From Octopus sinensis (lineage: Eukaryota), in NCBI RefSeq assembly GCF_006345805.1, contig NC_043002.1, positions 47,988,001 to 48,052,000 of the forward strand: DNA of 64,000 bases, given 5' to 3'. Positions 1 through 13,763 of this stretch are shown one piece after another; position 1 is the first letter of the stretch, and each line of letters starts with the position of its first letter. A program made the translations under genes and the position numbers. The notes beneath the pieces are model-generated. The model saw only the letters and a list, made by a program, of their open reading frames with translations, did no database searches and was not told where the DNA came from.

Positions 1-1078
1 CAGATTTGATTGACTCCAAATTATCACATTCAAAATTAGTAGTATAAGTGAAATTCGGATAAATAAACTTTATTAACAAATAAATATCAAGGTTGATCTT
101 ACTCTTGGAATAAAGATCTAATTTAATGGTAGATTATTATTTTTAAAAGCAAGAAAATAATCAAGTTTTCCATGAATATACAGAATAATCATCAATAACA
201 TAGCTATGAGCTGATACTAATAGGGTATCAACTACAATTTAATTAATAGAAAAGTTTAGATTATTTAATACATTTAAATTTTTCTCTAATTATTATTGAA
301 ATTGCAGGAAAAATAACTTTTTAGATTATAATTTTCAAAAATTATCCAGCAAATTTTCATTTTGCTTAAGTTAATTAACAAGAAAATTTAGTCTACATTG
401 ATTTTCAACAGAACTAGAAGCAAATTGTAAAAATGCATAATTCCCTAAGTAAAGTTGTTTGTAAATCATACATAGCATATTAATGATTTGTTATTGAATA
501 CCTCACTGTTTTTTAATGAAATTTCATTGCAGGTAAATAATCATCATCAGTGAAACACCAATATGTATAATTTATGTAATGATTTCAACAAATATTCTAT
601 ATATTGAAAAATAAGTAGGAAAAAAAAGAAGCATATTACAATGTATTTATTCTCTAATTAGTCTGGTACTTGTGTATGGTTTAATATGAGTAGACAACTG
701 TAAACAACAGACAGGCTAAATGAGTTGTATCAAAATTTGAACTTTAGGTTGCACCAATAAACTTCTCATTAATTATCCAAACTGATTGAATAAGAAACCA
801 AGTCTCCTGTTGGATTATCACTATATTGTTACACTACTATAACGATAGGACCTAAAATTTCAGCTAGGAAGATTCAGATAATATTTCAGTAGTGTAATGA
901 AGGAAGTAATGAAATATTAGAGTATTAAATAATAATCTATGCAACATATAGTTAATAATTTGATCATTGCAACCAATTATTCACAACAACATTTGATTAT
1001 GTATTATCTGAGTGTGAGAATATTTGGCTTGTTATATGTATATGTGAGTGTGTGTATATGTATGTATTCACACACACA

Positions 1079-1080
<2 letters not shown>

Positions 1081-1118
<38 letters not shown>
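1081..1118. repeat. (TA)n microsatellite
   Basis: Perfect AT dinucleotide run preceded by a CA/TG-rich stretch. Confidence 0.95.
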
Positions 1119-1122
<4 letters not shown>

Positions 1123-1589
1123 TGTCTTCTTTCAGCTTAGTGAAACTGAAAATTAAAGTTATTTGTTTTAGAATGAGATAAATATCATTCTGTTACATTG
1201 GACTAAATCACAATATGTATTTAATTACATATATTACCAACTAGATATGGCAAAGTAATAATTCCTTTCCAACTATATTGTGTAACTATGACTAACAATT
1301 AGAAATTAAGTTACTGTAGAAATTAAAATGAAATGTAGCAGCAAAGTTATAGCAGAAGATAAAGTGATAAAAGACAATGGCATTAATAATGATTAATATG
1401 CTCACCACTAATAGAAGAAAACAATGCATAGATTAATGTATTAAGAGTAATGTATCTCTTACAGGATATTATATTTCAAATTAATTTAATTTGGTAAACT
1501 GGAAACTAAACTGCATTTAAGATATCTGAAGGTTAACACAAAATCAGTAAACTGAATTACAAACAGATATCTATATAGTTTTAAAATAT

Positions 1590-1795
1590 TGATTTTAAAT
1601 TTTAGTACAAGTCCAGCAATTTCTGGAGAAAGGGTTAGTCAATTATATTGATCCCAGTGTCCAACTGGTACTTATTCTATCAACCCCAAAAGGATGAAAG
1701 GGAAAGTCAGCCTCGCCAGAATTTGAACTCAGAGCATAAAAACAGATGAAATGCCACAAAGCATTTTGTCCAGTGTGCCCAGTCTGCCAGCTCAC
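1590..1795 (-). mobile_element. Short tRNA-derived SINE, family B (~200 bp)
   Basis: Motif ggtacttattctatcaaccccaaaaggatgaaagggaaagtc...atttgaactcag recurs in at least nine other places in the window; boundaries approximate. Confidence 0.8.
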
Positions 1796-2676
1796 AACTT
1801 TATGTATATTTAAAATATTGGTAATCTGTATGTTGCATTATGTAAGTGAATGATTGTTGGCAAGTGTTGTATCTAATGCCCAATTCTTAACTGGTAAGAG
1901 ACTAAAGAGGTGAAATGTAATGACATATATCTTATCCCTTACTCAAACACAAAGGTTAGAACAAGATCTGAAATGGAAATACTTGATATTTGCAATGTAT
2001 ATCTCAAGGAACAGTAAAAGTAAAGCATATGAAAAGACTGATGGGTAAAGATCTGGAAATGGGATTATGTATGAAGTGAAAAAATGCAATAACATAAATG
2101 ATGGTGGTGGTGGGGCTTAAGAATGAAGAAGGCAGATAAAGGTAGACAACAAATGAATCTAGAGATTTCATATCTGCATGTATTTAATCTCACTGTGAAA
2201 TGAAATGCCAGGAGAACCTTTGCAGCAGAGTGAGATAAAGATCAAACCCACAGGTTTCATTGTCATTTAGCTCATCAGAATTCATGTCACTTTCTTCTCA
2301 TCAAGATGGCAAGCAATAACAGCAGAAAACCACGTATTAAAGTAAAAACATGACTGTATTTAGCCAAGAATCATCTACATAAAAGTACAGAGACGCTGGC
2401 ACAATGTTAATAACTAATGTCCTAATACAGAGGATGCTATGAAAAATAAGGTTTGTAGAGTCATATCTATATGTATTTCGTTCAAGTTTGAGATGAAGCA
2501 TCTTGAGGCATTTTTAGAATCTTAGGATTAAAGTAATTGGTTTACTTGTTATTTAGCAACTCGGAATCACATCTTCCCAAGATACTGAGTAATGGTAACA
2601 GACATTTTATACATATATACATGTAAATATGCATCATACATAAATATACACACACACATGCATATGAATATATGTG

Positions 2677-2930
2677 AAGACATGTGGAGTGGCAGTTAAG
2701 GTGTTGCACTCACAATCGCTAGACTGTAGGTTTGATTCCCACTCTGGGTGGTGTGTTGTGTTCTTGAGCAAAACACTTCATTTCACATTGCTCTTGTCCC
2801 TCTTTCGGTCAGTGGGGAAGGTTGGTCTGCTAGTGTAGCCAGTAGGGTGGCATCCTTCAAAGGCTAAAATGACGCAAAATGTATTATCACCATTCATGTG
2901 GAACAACATCTAATAGTCTGGTGATCACAT
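2677..2930 (+). mobile_element. tRNA-derived SINE, family C
   Basis: tRNA-like head (gtggcagttaaggtgttg...gtttgattccc) then gttcttgagcaaaacacttcatttcacattgctc, the reverse complement of the copies at 3060-3370, 12495-12710 and 43560-43870. Confidence 0.7.
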
Positions 2931-3059
2931 GATATATATATATATATATACACAGATACATGCACACACTCACACACATATATGTACATATATATTTTAC
3001 ACACACATATACATATGCATACACACATACATACATGCGTATATTCTATTCTTCTACAC

Positions 3060-3370
3060 TATTATTGGTTTTGCCCAGAAGCTGAAGCCATTCTGGGGGC
3101 ATTGCCATTAGCATTAATGCTTGTTTATATTACATACTTCGTGGCCTTGTCCCTAGAATCAGATTTTGTGATCAAGTGAGTTTGACAGAGCTGTGAGCTA
3201 GTGAGTCTGACAGGCTGGCCCTTTGAATTACAACTCATTTTTTGCAGGTAAGTGGACTGGAGCAATGTGAAATAAAGTGTCTTGCTCAAGACGACAACAC
3301 CCCATTGGCAATTGAACTCACAATCTTTCAATCATGAGCTGAATACCTGAACCACTAAACGATGTGTCAT
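3060..3370 (-). mobile_element. tRNA-derived SINE, family C
   Basis: gtggactggagcaatgtgaaataaagtgtcttgctcaag...attgaactcacaatc...aaccactaa shared with other copies. Confidence 0.7.
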
Positions 3371-3399
3371 ACATACATGCATGCATACATAAATGCATA

Positions 3400-3580
3400 C
3401 ATGCATACATACACACACAAATACAATGGGCTTCTTTCGGTTTCTGTCTACTGGAATTGCTTACAAGTCTTTGGTGAACCAGGGCTACAATAGAAGACTC
3501 TTGCCCATGGTATCGTACAATGGGACTGAACCCAGTAGTATGTAGTTTGAAAATTAAATTCTTAGTCGCACAGCCATACC
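3400..3580 (-). mobile_element. SINE family A, 5' fragment
   Basis: gggcttctttcggtttctgtctac...gggactgaaccc matches the family A head in reverse. Confidence 0.7.
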
Positions 3581-4124
3581 TTATCCATAATGCTTGTCTA
3601 TTCAAAAGTTATGCTACGTTGGTACTCTAGTAGTTAACAAAGGAATAAATGCAAGTGATTGAAGATGAGATGTGAAAAACCTGACCTAGAAAAATCAATG
3701 AAAATAAGATACTTCAAATAAGACAAAATTAAAGAGTCACCCAAGACATGCTAGCATAAAGATAACTTGAAAAGAGTGACAATGACATGACAAAGATATT
3801 GTATACAAAGGCAACAATGGCAGAAGAAAATCTATTGTTGAAATGCAAATGAAATTTCATTGGCGATTTAAAACAATTGCAAGAAATTCAGCTATAATTA
3901 TGACAAGACATTTGTACACAACATCAATAATATTATTTCCAAATGCAATATCAAATTACATATTTTACTATATAATACTGGTATCGTTATATAAATGTAA
4001 TAATTTTATATTCTGGTATACACTTGTGATATGTCATTCAACGCCCATTTACAGTATGTGGATACCTGATGTCAACAAAGGTATTCAGGTATATTCTTTG
4101 TGACCATAGAGCTTATAAAAATAT

Positions 4125-4492
4125 GAGAGAATGAAAACGGAGTTTGCAAGACTTTTTATTCATTATGATCACTTGACCCATCGTGCACTGGTACCTTCCA
4201 GGTGAGATGCCGTACAGACAGTAGTGGTGTATTATAAGTGCAGATGTGTCTCCTTGGGTAACTTGTCAAAAGGCACACATTTTTTTGTTTGCTTAATACC
4301 AATATGTATTGTTACAGAAATAAGCAAAATGGCAATTAAAAGGTGAGGTACCTTTTGACAAGTCACTTGAGGAAATAAATTTGCACTTATGATGCATTGC
4401 AACTATTTGTTTTGTATCTCACTGTGAGGTACCAGTGCATGAGATGATTACAGAGAATAAAGAGTCTCCTGAATTCCATTTCTTTCTCTCTC
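4125..4492. mobile_element. Degenerate palindromic MITE / fold-back element (~365 bp)
   Basis: Nested inverted blocks tgcactggtacct/aggtaccagtgca, gtgagat/atctcac, ataagtgca/tgcacttat, acttgtcaaaagg/ccttttgacaagt. Confidence 0.7.
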
Positions 4493-4511
4493 ATATGTAT
4501 GTCTGTATGTA

Positions 4512-4584
<73 letters not shown>

Positions 4585-4842
4585 TGTATACTATTAGACC
4601 CAACCCCATTTGGAAATCGGAGTTGATTCAAAGTCAGTGAACAGCGATGACGAAACTGGTATAACTTTCTATATTGACTCTTGATAATGATTTTTATACT
4701 TCTTAATTCCACCTCAAATCACTTATTTGTATGTATATAACTTTGTTTTTATTTTTAAAAAAGCCATTACTTTGATACCTAGAGTGCATTTTCTTTCTTT
4801 CTTTTTACTTTTCACCTATATATATATACACATACATGCATA

Positions 4843-5843
4843 CAAGGTGTAGTGAATAAATTGTCGTCTAAATTACACAAAAATGAAAATTACACTGACA
4901 TTTCATTTTAACAGACATATTTACCAAAATTACATAAAAATATCTTGAAATACTGAAGAGTGAATTTATTCAATAAAAGGGGTTAGCACTCTGGTGAGTT
5001 AGGTGGCCAGATGTTAGGGGTGATGTCGTTGCAGAAATAATCTGACAGCTGTGACTGGGTTTTCCTGCTTGTGTGGCATGGTACAGAGTCCTGTTGCCAG
5101 ACATATGGTCTTCCAGCAGCCACCCTCTTCATCCAGGTCAGCTCTATCACCTTCAGGCACTTGATGTACGCCTCCATGTTGAGTCTGAGATTGTGTGGGA
5201 AGATGAATGGAGGCATATCTTCGCCATCACTAGTGATCTAGGCAGAAATTTTTCTTATCTGAGAAAAACCAAAGCATGTGCAGTGGGAGGGGATGCTTGA
5301 GTTTGTTCAAAAGCTTCATAATGCAGTCTTTCTTCTTCTCTATGATGCCTTGGGATAAAAATTGGCCCTTTCTCATCTTGTATGAGGAATACTATCTTCA
5401 CGCACTACCTGCCTGATAAGAAACTCAAGCACTCCCATGTACCTGCTGATAAACCTGATTGACTTGGAGGGATTGTTGTTAATCATGGCCTGAGTCTCAC
5501 CAACAGATTCAGGAGTTTTATTCTTATCAGATCAATCAGACTGAGATTTCCAAGCTGCTGTACCTTCGTAATCACCATTAGACTGATCCAACTCTTTCTA
5601 AATCCTTTGCACTGTCTTCAGATTTACGCCCAATCATTCTGAAATGTTCTCATTGGAGTTTCCAGTGCAAATGCCAAGCAGAACAGCATGTTGTTTCCAC
5701 ATTTTTGACAGAGTGAATTGTGTCATGGTGCTGTTTTTCTCACAGACAGTGCCCAACTGACCCTACTACTGTGTAGTCGACAAACCATGAACATGCATGA
5801 AATTAAAGATATAAAATGGCGACAATTTACCCAGTGCACCCTG
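4843..5843 (-). mobile_element. Defective Tc1/mariner-superfamily transposon (maT/DD37D-like ends), 1.0 kb
   Basis: TIRs caaggtgtagtgaataaattgtcg / cgacaatttacccagtgcaccctg flanked by TA at 4841-42 and 5844-45; minus ORF 4983-5216 has catalytic-domain motifs WQQDSVPCH and WPPNSPEC; upstream part has stops. Confidence 0.85.
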
Positions 5844-6639
5844 TATGTTAGTATGTGTGTGGTTGGACACTTATTTGCAGTCACTACAATTATCTCTACA
5901 TATGCATTTATATATACATGCTGTACATATATGCATATGTTCTTTTATAGAGAAATATATTACAACAAATTCAAAATAAAATGATTAAAGTCATGCCAAT
6001 AATTGCTAATATATCCATGCATATGTGGACAAACATGCTTTTAATATGTAATAATAATGTTTGATTTCACTGTCATAATATCATGAATAACGTAATTGTG
6101 CTGAGAAATAAAAATGCAGATTTTTTACCCCTTCAAAGTATTCTCTTTAAAGGCTTGTTAAGAAATTTCATTGTTTCCAAGTCTAAACTCTATGTTGAAG
6201 AGATAATATTAAATGTTGAAGAAGTTATATTAAAGCAAAAATATTTTGGCTCAACGTGTTCAAGCAGTAATATGTTTCAAAATGAGCAGTTAACAAATAT
6301 GAGGCAATTCATCAATTTTTCTTTGACCTTTTGCCATTATCAAGTTAACATATGAAAAGTCAAAATGTTCTTTGCCATTAAAATTTTCAACATGAAAAAA
6401 ATTGGCTGATGAAAGCTACTGACATTTGACACTAAAATTGGAAACATCATTCAATAAAATAAATGCTGAAAATAAAACAGAACTACTGTAATTACTGACT
6501 TTAATGTTAGCCTTGAAATATCTAAGCTGATTAATTTTCCATTGTTTGTCTTGTTAAGATACAATAATATATGTTTCAACTATAAGCTCAGATAGAAAAC
6601 AGTTATTTTAATGTTAGAATTGTAAGATGGATTACCTAT

Positions 6640-6790
6640 CATCATCATTTAACTTTTTACATTTCCATGCTTGCATGGGTCACACAACAATATGCTGGGG
6701 CAGTGTTTCCTATAACTTGATGCCCTTCCTGTCACCAACTCCCAAATGTTTCCTGTGAGATAATACTCTTCCAGTCTATTGAACATCAAG
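6640..6790 (-). mobile_element. RTE-tail-related repeat (family D) fragment
   Basis: catcatcatttaac...ttccatgcttgcatgggt...gatgcccttcctgtcaccaac, with the (CAT)n tail shared by other copies. Confidence 0.6.
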
Positions 6791-7035
6791 CAACTGGAAA
6801 CAAAAGATACCATCTAAATGAGGCATTTGTTTACGAAGTTTTTGCCACATAACATGAAGCCCAGTTTATAGTTTTGCAGTGGGTTAGAAATGTATGGTGA
6901 CAACAACAAAGTCATTGTTTACAATCAGTGAGGAAACCCACAACACATCTAAAAATAGAAATATATTAAACTTACTTGCCTTGCACAAACATACACTCAC
7001 ATATGTGTGTGTGTATCATATATATACACACACAC

Positions 7036-7077
<42 letters not shown>

Positions 7078-7509
7078 ATAATGGGCTTTTGTTGACCCAG
7101 GTGTCATGCAGTAGGACTGAACTCAAAACCACATGGTTGGAAAGTGAACTTTACCACACAGACAACTCCTTGCCTTTCAACTAATGTAGGTATCTGTATT
7201 ATATAAAGTGACATATTGTCTCAGTCTATAATATTTAATCTAAATATTATTGAAGAATTTATCAGAATTCAGGTAAAACAGCAAACTTAATAAATAAAAG
7301 CAAAAGGTGGAATTATTAAAGATTAATGAAATGAAATTATTTTGAAATTTTTAATAATCTTTTAAATAACCATTCATTTCCAATATAGAAATATGAAAAT
7401 ATTTAATGCTAATTTAAATTATAGTGTTTATTTGAAACAAATGTAAACAACACAGAGACTATCACAAAATACAAGTTATCAACAACCATGCACTACCATA
7501 CATACTTAC

Positions 7510-7530
7510 CCACAGGCATTATTTGATAAC
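7510..7530 (-). other. Candidate 21-nt microexon (GTTATCAAATAATGCCTGTGG)
   Basis: Minus strand: TACTAAC (7556-7550), ctttaacatttatcatcag, exon, GTAAGTA donor (from 7509), TGCATG at 7492-7487; length is a multiple of 3; phase-1 reading xYQIMPV. Confidence 0.6.
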
Positions 7531-8154
7531 CTGATGATAAATGTTAAAGGTTAGTATTATGTAGCAAATTAATTTTGTAAAACAACAATAACTGCAAATT
7601 TCTTGCTTCCTAGGTATGTTTCATCTCATCTCAACAAGGCTGCACTTATAGTTATTATTGTTATTTTATACTTCCAAATGTTAATTCAAATTATGATGAT
7701 ACAGTATTTCTATTCTTTTTTTTTAATATTTCGGTGGATGGAGCGGGGGATGCACAACACCCTTTACAAGACCTCTGAGATTGCTGGGATGAGAGTGGAG
7801 GGAAGAGATACTTAAACTGGAAATCTGGCCTGAATGCTTGCAACAGAATGGACTCTGCTGAAGGTACCCAAGAGCCTAAATGGTGATGTTAAACTAGGTG
7901 CACCCAAGTAAGTCAAAGTTGGATTTTTACATCTATGTAAAAATCTGAAACAAATCCTGTAATATATCCAATCTGATGTTCTGACATTCTTACGATTCTG
8001 CCAATCTGCTGTTCTAAATTAGTACTTTATTATCAACATTAAAATTATGAAAGGCAAAGTTAACATCCTTTACAAATGCAGCAAAGCATTCTATCCAGTG
8101 CTTTAATGATTCAGCCAATTCACTGCCAATTTGCCAAAAGGTAGGATATGCCTT

Positions 8155-8530
8155 TTATCTTTTAGTTGTTTCAGTCGCTGGACTGTGGCTATCCTGGGTA
8201 CTGCCTCGAAGGGTTTTGTCAATAATATCAACCTCAAGTCTGGTACTTATTCTATCCCTCTATTTTGTTGAACTGTTAAGTTATGGAGATGTAAACAAAC
8301 CAGCATCAGTTATCAAGCAGTGGTGAGGGACATAAACACAAACTTACATACATGCACATGCCTATATACATGACAGGTTTCCTCACAGTTTCTGACTAGC
8401 AAATTCATTCACAAGGCATTGGTCAACCTGGAGCTATAATAGAAGAATCTTGCCCAAGGTATGCACATTGTGACTGAACCCAAAACCACCAGGCTGCAAA
8501 ACTAGCTTCTTAAACACTCATCTATGCCTG
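8155..8530 (-). mobile_element. SINE family A (~400 bp, internal CA/TA microsatellite), diverged
   Basis: Reverse-complement match to 12944-13365 along its length. Confidence 0.8.
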
Positions 8531-9719
8531 GTAACATTCTTTAATAATCATACAACTTTAACCTGGTTGTGAGAGATATAAGAAGCTTTTTCACATCACA
8601 TTATCTTACCATGGGGAAAATAGCTATTGATATAATTAGTTTCTAGTATTCTTAAATCTTCATCATTGAAAGGATATCCATTTTTCTATCTACAGGAAGA
8701 TTTGTAGCATATAGCTACTTACATTGCATACAAACTAGGGCTCAGTGAAACTGGTCATTCTAATTTGCATCATTAACAGTGTGATACAACACTACACACA
8801 AATTTAGTGAATTAACCTCTTCTTACATTTCGGGTCTTATGCCAATAACAGAAAGTATTATTATTTATTGAATTAACCTATATTGCCAGCTGATGCAAAG
8901 ATATGTAAATTACATGAAAGAATTTAGCTGAGTCCTATTTTGTATATATTATGATTAATTATATGCTACGACTCTCTGTTATGAAAAAAAAAAAATGGTT
9001 ATTCTTTCTCAGATGAGTTCAGCATACATCTACAGATATAATACCTGGACACATTACCAATGTTATATGCTGAAGTCAGTGGTTGTTACTAATCTTGCAA
9101 CATACATCATTATCCAGGTGACCTGATCCTAATTTTATGCTTAATTCTATGCTTAGATTACACTTAATTCTATGCTTAAGTGGTATTCTAATGACCACAC
9201 TGGCAACTTCTTTTTAGCAAGTCATATAGTTTCTCAAGAGCAGTCATATTGTTTTTGATGGTTCTTCTCTTTCCTCTAATATCTGGGGTTCTATGAGCTT
9301 TTCTGTAGAAATGACCTGTAAATCTTCGACTGCTCATCTCTATTCATCCATGCTACAGTCCTTCACTAACTTCAGGTATTTAGCTCATTTCCTCTACTCT
9401 AACCTAAGAAAATTAATAAATAGTAAAACTGATTCTACTTTTTCTACACGAAGATAGATAAACTCAGTGGAGTAACCATATTTTCTTTACTTTTCATAAT
9501 AAGTCTAAAATTATATGCTTAATAACAAAAATATTTTATATTACATTTCAAATTAGACAAAGATGTTGTACATATCACTATGTGGGAATTAATCCCTGTT
9601 GTCATTGCATACACTGCTCTGTATATTAAGTTGACAAGTTTAGAGGAGTCCTAGTCTGTAAACACTATAAATATCTACAAACCTTACCACAGTCAGAAAA
9701 TAAATCATCTTTCATTATC

Positions 9720-9949
9720 TTTTATCTTTTACATGTTTCAGTCATATGACTGTAGCCATACTGGGGCACTTCCTCGAAGGGTTTTAGTCAAACAAATCGA
9801 CCCCAGGACTTATTTTTAAGCCTAGTACTTATACTATCAATCTCTTTTGCTGAGCTGCTTAGTTAAAGGGATGTAAACACAGCAACACCAGTTTTCAAGT
9901 GGTGGTGGAGGACAAACACAGACACAAAGACAGACACGCATAGATATAC

Positions 9950-10006
<57 letters not shown>

Positions 10007-10165
10007 AGGCTTCTTTCAGTTGCTGTCTACCAAATCCACTTACAAGGCTTTAATTGGCCGGAGGCTATAGTGAAAAACATTTGCCCAAGGTGTCACACAG
10101 TGGGATGGAACCCAAAACTATGTGGTTGGGAAGCAAACTTCTGCCACAAGAACCATGTCTGCACT
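9720..10165 (-). mobile_element. SINE family A with internal (TA)n
   Basis: tttcagtcatatgactg...caaatcgaccccaggactta...cccaaggtgtcacacagtggga; reverse complement of 12944-13365. Confidence 0.88.
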
Positions 10166-12274
10166 TATTTGTTGAAAGATCAATTCCACTTCTGTTCATG
10201 GAATGATAAAAACTGTGGTGTTACTATTTTGTTTACACCTCACAATGAGGTTAAAATTGTATGTTTATTAAGAAACAGTATGCCTCTCAAACTTCCATAT
10301 ATGTGATTGGAATATATAATTTCCTTGTAGATACCCTTTCTAATGCTGGCAACTTAACTGTGGGAATCTAAAACCAATAGAATTTATCAAACACTTTCAA
10401 TGCTGTAACTCAATAATTACCAATAAAATTTATATTTTAAAATTTTATATTAGAAAATATAATACTTTAAATTTACATAACAGCTTTAAATTATTGTCTG
10501 AATTTGCATATTATATCAGACAGATGTTAGTTATGCCAGCAACATTCTGAAACCAACTATATTAAGCAGTTGTCACCAATTATTCCATTCATATATACAA
10601 TTATAAAAGTACTTAAATCAGCATAAAGCAACATTTCTTGGTCTTCATGAAATAATTAGTTGCTTTAGTTTGGCCTTCAATATTCTGAAGAGAAAATATA
10701 GCTGTCACTCAACAAGTATAACCTGTTGACATTTGAATGTCTATAGGTTGACTTAGTACATATATACTAAGTTGTTTTTTATTTTTGTTTTTTTAATTGA
10801 AATCCTTGGAGATGGTTTTAGTTGAAACAAAATTCTAACAAATCTAAAACTACATCATCAAATAAGTGATAACTAGCAGCTCTAGGAATTTTATTATGAA
10901 AGTTTGAGTAAGTTTTAAAACATTAACCCCACAAATGTAAGGTAACCTGCCATGATGGGAAATTTTTAAGGCAGTAAGCTAGCTATGGAAAAAGAAGTAG
11001 TGGCTGAAAACAAGTATGAATACATGTGATAAATGGATTTTTAATACTGTTTCCTTACATCAAGTAGATTACTGCATGCATTTTACGCATGAATACACAT
11101 ATGCATACGTGAATGTTCACACACATACACACGTGCAAATATATATATATATATATGTTTGTGTGTGTGTGTATACATACACAAATACTCATACATATGC
11201 ATGATATTAAATAATGAGATAAAATTTAAAATATTTTTACACATTTTTCAATCTCATAATTTGTAACTAATAGGAAATACCAGAGGAAACATTATCTTGT
11301 CTAAATCTAATCTTCTAAACTTGTTTTATGAACATTCCTGCTTGACAGATAAATTAAATCTATTTACATTTAATTTCCTTTTCATAATTAGTTAATTTTT
11401 CTATAAATCCATAGTTACATATACTTGAGATTTTGGTTTATTATTTGTTAAATTTAGGTTGGAAATTACCTGATGAATCTCCACATACTAATATGTCACT
11501 CCATTAAAGATATCATATCTAATATTTTTATCACTTCTTTCAATATTTCATATTTCAGATAATACTTCCTGAATGAAATATTTAGCTTCTTAAAAACATT
11601 AAAGTAACTGAATGACTGAAATGAAGTACTCTTGATGATAAGAGCAATTCCTACTACAGTTGTGCTTATATATTAGATCTGTCACTCAATAAGCTATATC
11701 CTACCATAACAAGTGCCATAATATTAAATTAGCGGTTAGCAACAGCAGGTGTTAAGAGGACCAGGGAGATTAGAAAGCAAATCATAAGTAGGAAAACACA
11801 CTATATGGAAGTTAAATGATTCTTCTGTGTGACATTACATCTAAACAAGATTTTGTGACACCTATATTAAAGAAAAACTATGAGAAGACAACTGGGTTTT
11901 GCTTAGAGCTATCTCATGCAAACCATTAACCAACTGAATGCACAGAATAGGAACTAGTTGGATAATAAGCATCATGGTAACATAGTAGAATACTGTAGGA
12001 AATAAGGCTACATGAGCTAAATGATAGACTAAAAAGAAGTGGTAAGAAAATAGACAGCAAGGATTGATTTTAGGAGAGTATACATATGACAAAATGATTT
12101 TATTTAGGCAAGAATGAAAGAGAGTATAAGAGGTTTGCCCGTATCTTGAATTATGGGGACAAGTGGCTTGAAGCATTCCTATATGCATGATAGTATATTC
12201 ATATATATTAGGACACCAATGAGGTCAAATGTATTTGGAACACATTGCACAAATGCACATAGCCTCAAAGTTAT

Positions 12275-12490
12275 CATTTATCTCTTATTTGTTTCAGTCA
12301 CTGGACTGCAGCCATGCTGGAGTATTTGCTTTGAAGGGTTTACTATTTTCTTTAGCTTGATACTTATTTTATCAGTTTTTTTTTTCGTTCTGAAAATACT
12401 AAGTTACAGGGATGCTAATAAACAAACATTGGCTGTCAAGCAGTAACAGGAACAAACACAGTACAAATACAGAGACACACACACACCTCA
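12275..12490 (-). mobile_element. SINE family A, 3' half
   Basis: gtttcagtcactggactgcagccatgctggag...taagttacagggatg. Confidence 0.65.
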
Positions 12491-12494
12491 TAGA

Positions 12495-12710
12495 GGCTGG
12501 TTTCCTAGTTTAATGGCATATAAATTTCCCACCTGGACAGGGCTTTGGTCCATCATGGGATTACTCATTTTTGCCAGCTGAGTGGACTGGAGCAACATGA
12601 AATGACATGTTTTACTCAAGAATGCAACACGTTGACCTGTTCAGGAATTGAAACTGTAATCTTACGATCATGAGTTCAACACCCTAACCACTAAGCCATG
12701 CAACTCCACT
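12495..12710 (-). mobile_element. SINE family C
   Basis: actcatttttgccagctgagtggactggagcaacatgaaat...ctaaccactaagccatgc. Confidence 0.75.
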
Positions 12711-12943
12711 TAGTTAAAGAATAGCAATTAAAGACATGAAGGCTTAGAAAGCAGCATGTCCATTAGCATATTTACTGATATCATGGAAGCAACATACTAT
12801 GAGGGTATTATGTATTTACAAGGTATATATTTACTTTGTACAATTGTTGTTGCACATCCTCAGATTAGCCCTGATTGAACAAACCTATAATGAAAGATAA
12901 TGCAGCCTCAAAAGCTCCATCCTGTAGCAGAATATCTAGCACT

Positions 12944-13103
12944 AGGAGTGGCTGTTCGGTAAGTAGCTTGCTTACCAACCACATGGTTCCGGGTTCAGTC
13001 CCACTGCGTGGCACCTTGGGCAAGTGTCTTCTACTATAGCCTCGTGCTGACCAAAGCCTTGTGAGTGCATTTGGTAGATGGAAACTGAAAGAAGCTTGTC
13101 GTA

Positions 13104-13156
<53 letters not shown>

Positions 13157-13365
13157 ATATGTTTGTGTATCTGTGTTTGTCCCCCCACCATCGCTTGACA
13201 AACAATGCTGGTGTGTTTACGTCCCCATAACTTAGCGGTTCGGTGAAAGAGACCGATAGAATAAGTACTTGGCTTACAAAGAATAAGTTCTGGGGCTGAT
13301 TTTCTCGACTAAAAGGTGGTACTCCAGCATGCCCACAGTCAAATCACTGAAACAAGTAAAAGAGT
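12944..13365 (+). mobile_element. Full-length SINE family A (tRNA-like head with A/B-box-like motifs, CORE-like gcaccttgggcaagtg, internal microsatellite)
   Basis: ggagtggctgttcggtaag...gggttcagtccc...gactaaaagg...actgaaacaagtaaaagag; near-identical to 60685-61100 and to the reverse of 22420-22812. Confidence 0.9.
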
Positions 13366-13763
13366 GTATCACCTAACGTGTTCTTATTTATTTTTAAGAA
13401 AGAGGAATGGGATTTGAGGGAAACTTTGCTGCAATTTTTAGCAGCTCGAATGACAACATAGATACTACCTTGTAGTTAAATCATGCAGGAAGGTGTTGTT
13501 TCTGATGAGCAGTGTAGCAGTATCATCATAAATTGCTGCTACAGAGACAAAGCAGATGTTTTAGATGAATGTGGGTTTTTACAGAGATGTTAAGTTGTCA
13601 TGAAAGTATTTAAGAGAATCATGAAAAATTTAGTGCAACATAAAATTGTATTTGATGTATATCTCAACACTATGTATTCCAGTGAACTATTAAAACACAC
13701 ACACACAATTGAAAATATTACCGAAAGCTCTGTAGTCTGACAAACATTGTGTATATGTATATA

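Noticed and set aside
2235-2290. Minus-strand CTGATGA...GAAAC...GTT resembling a hammerhead ribozyme core
   Set aside because: Stems I and II cannot be formed; at most a decayed retroelement-derived remnant
12944-13020. tRNA-like A/B-box sequences
   Set aside because: Heads of SINEs; no complete cloverleaf, so not called tRNA genes
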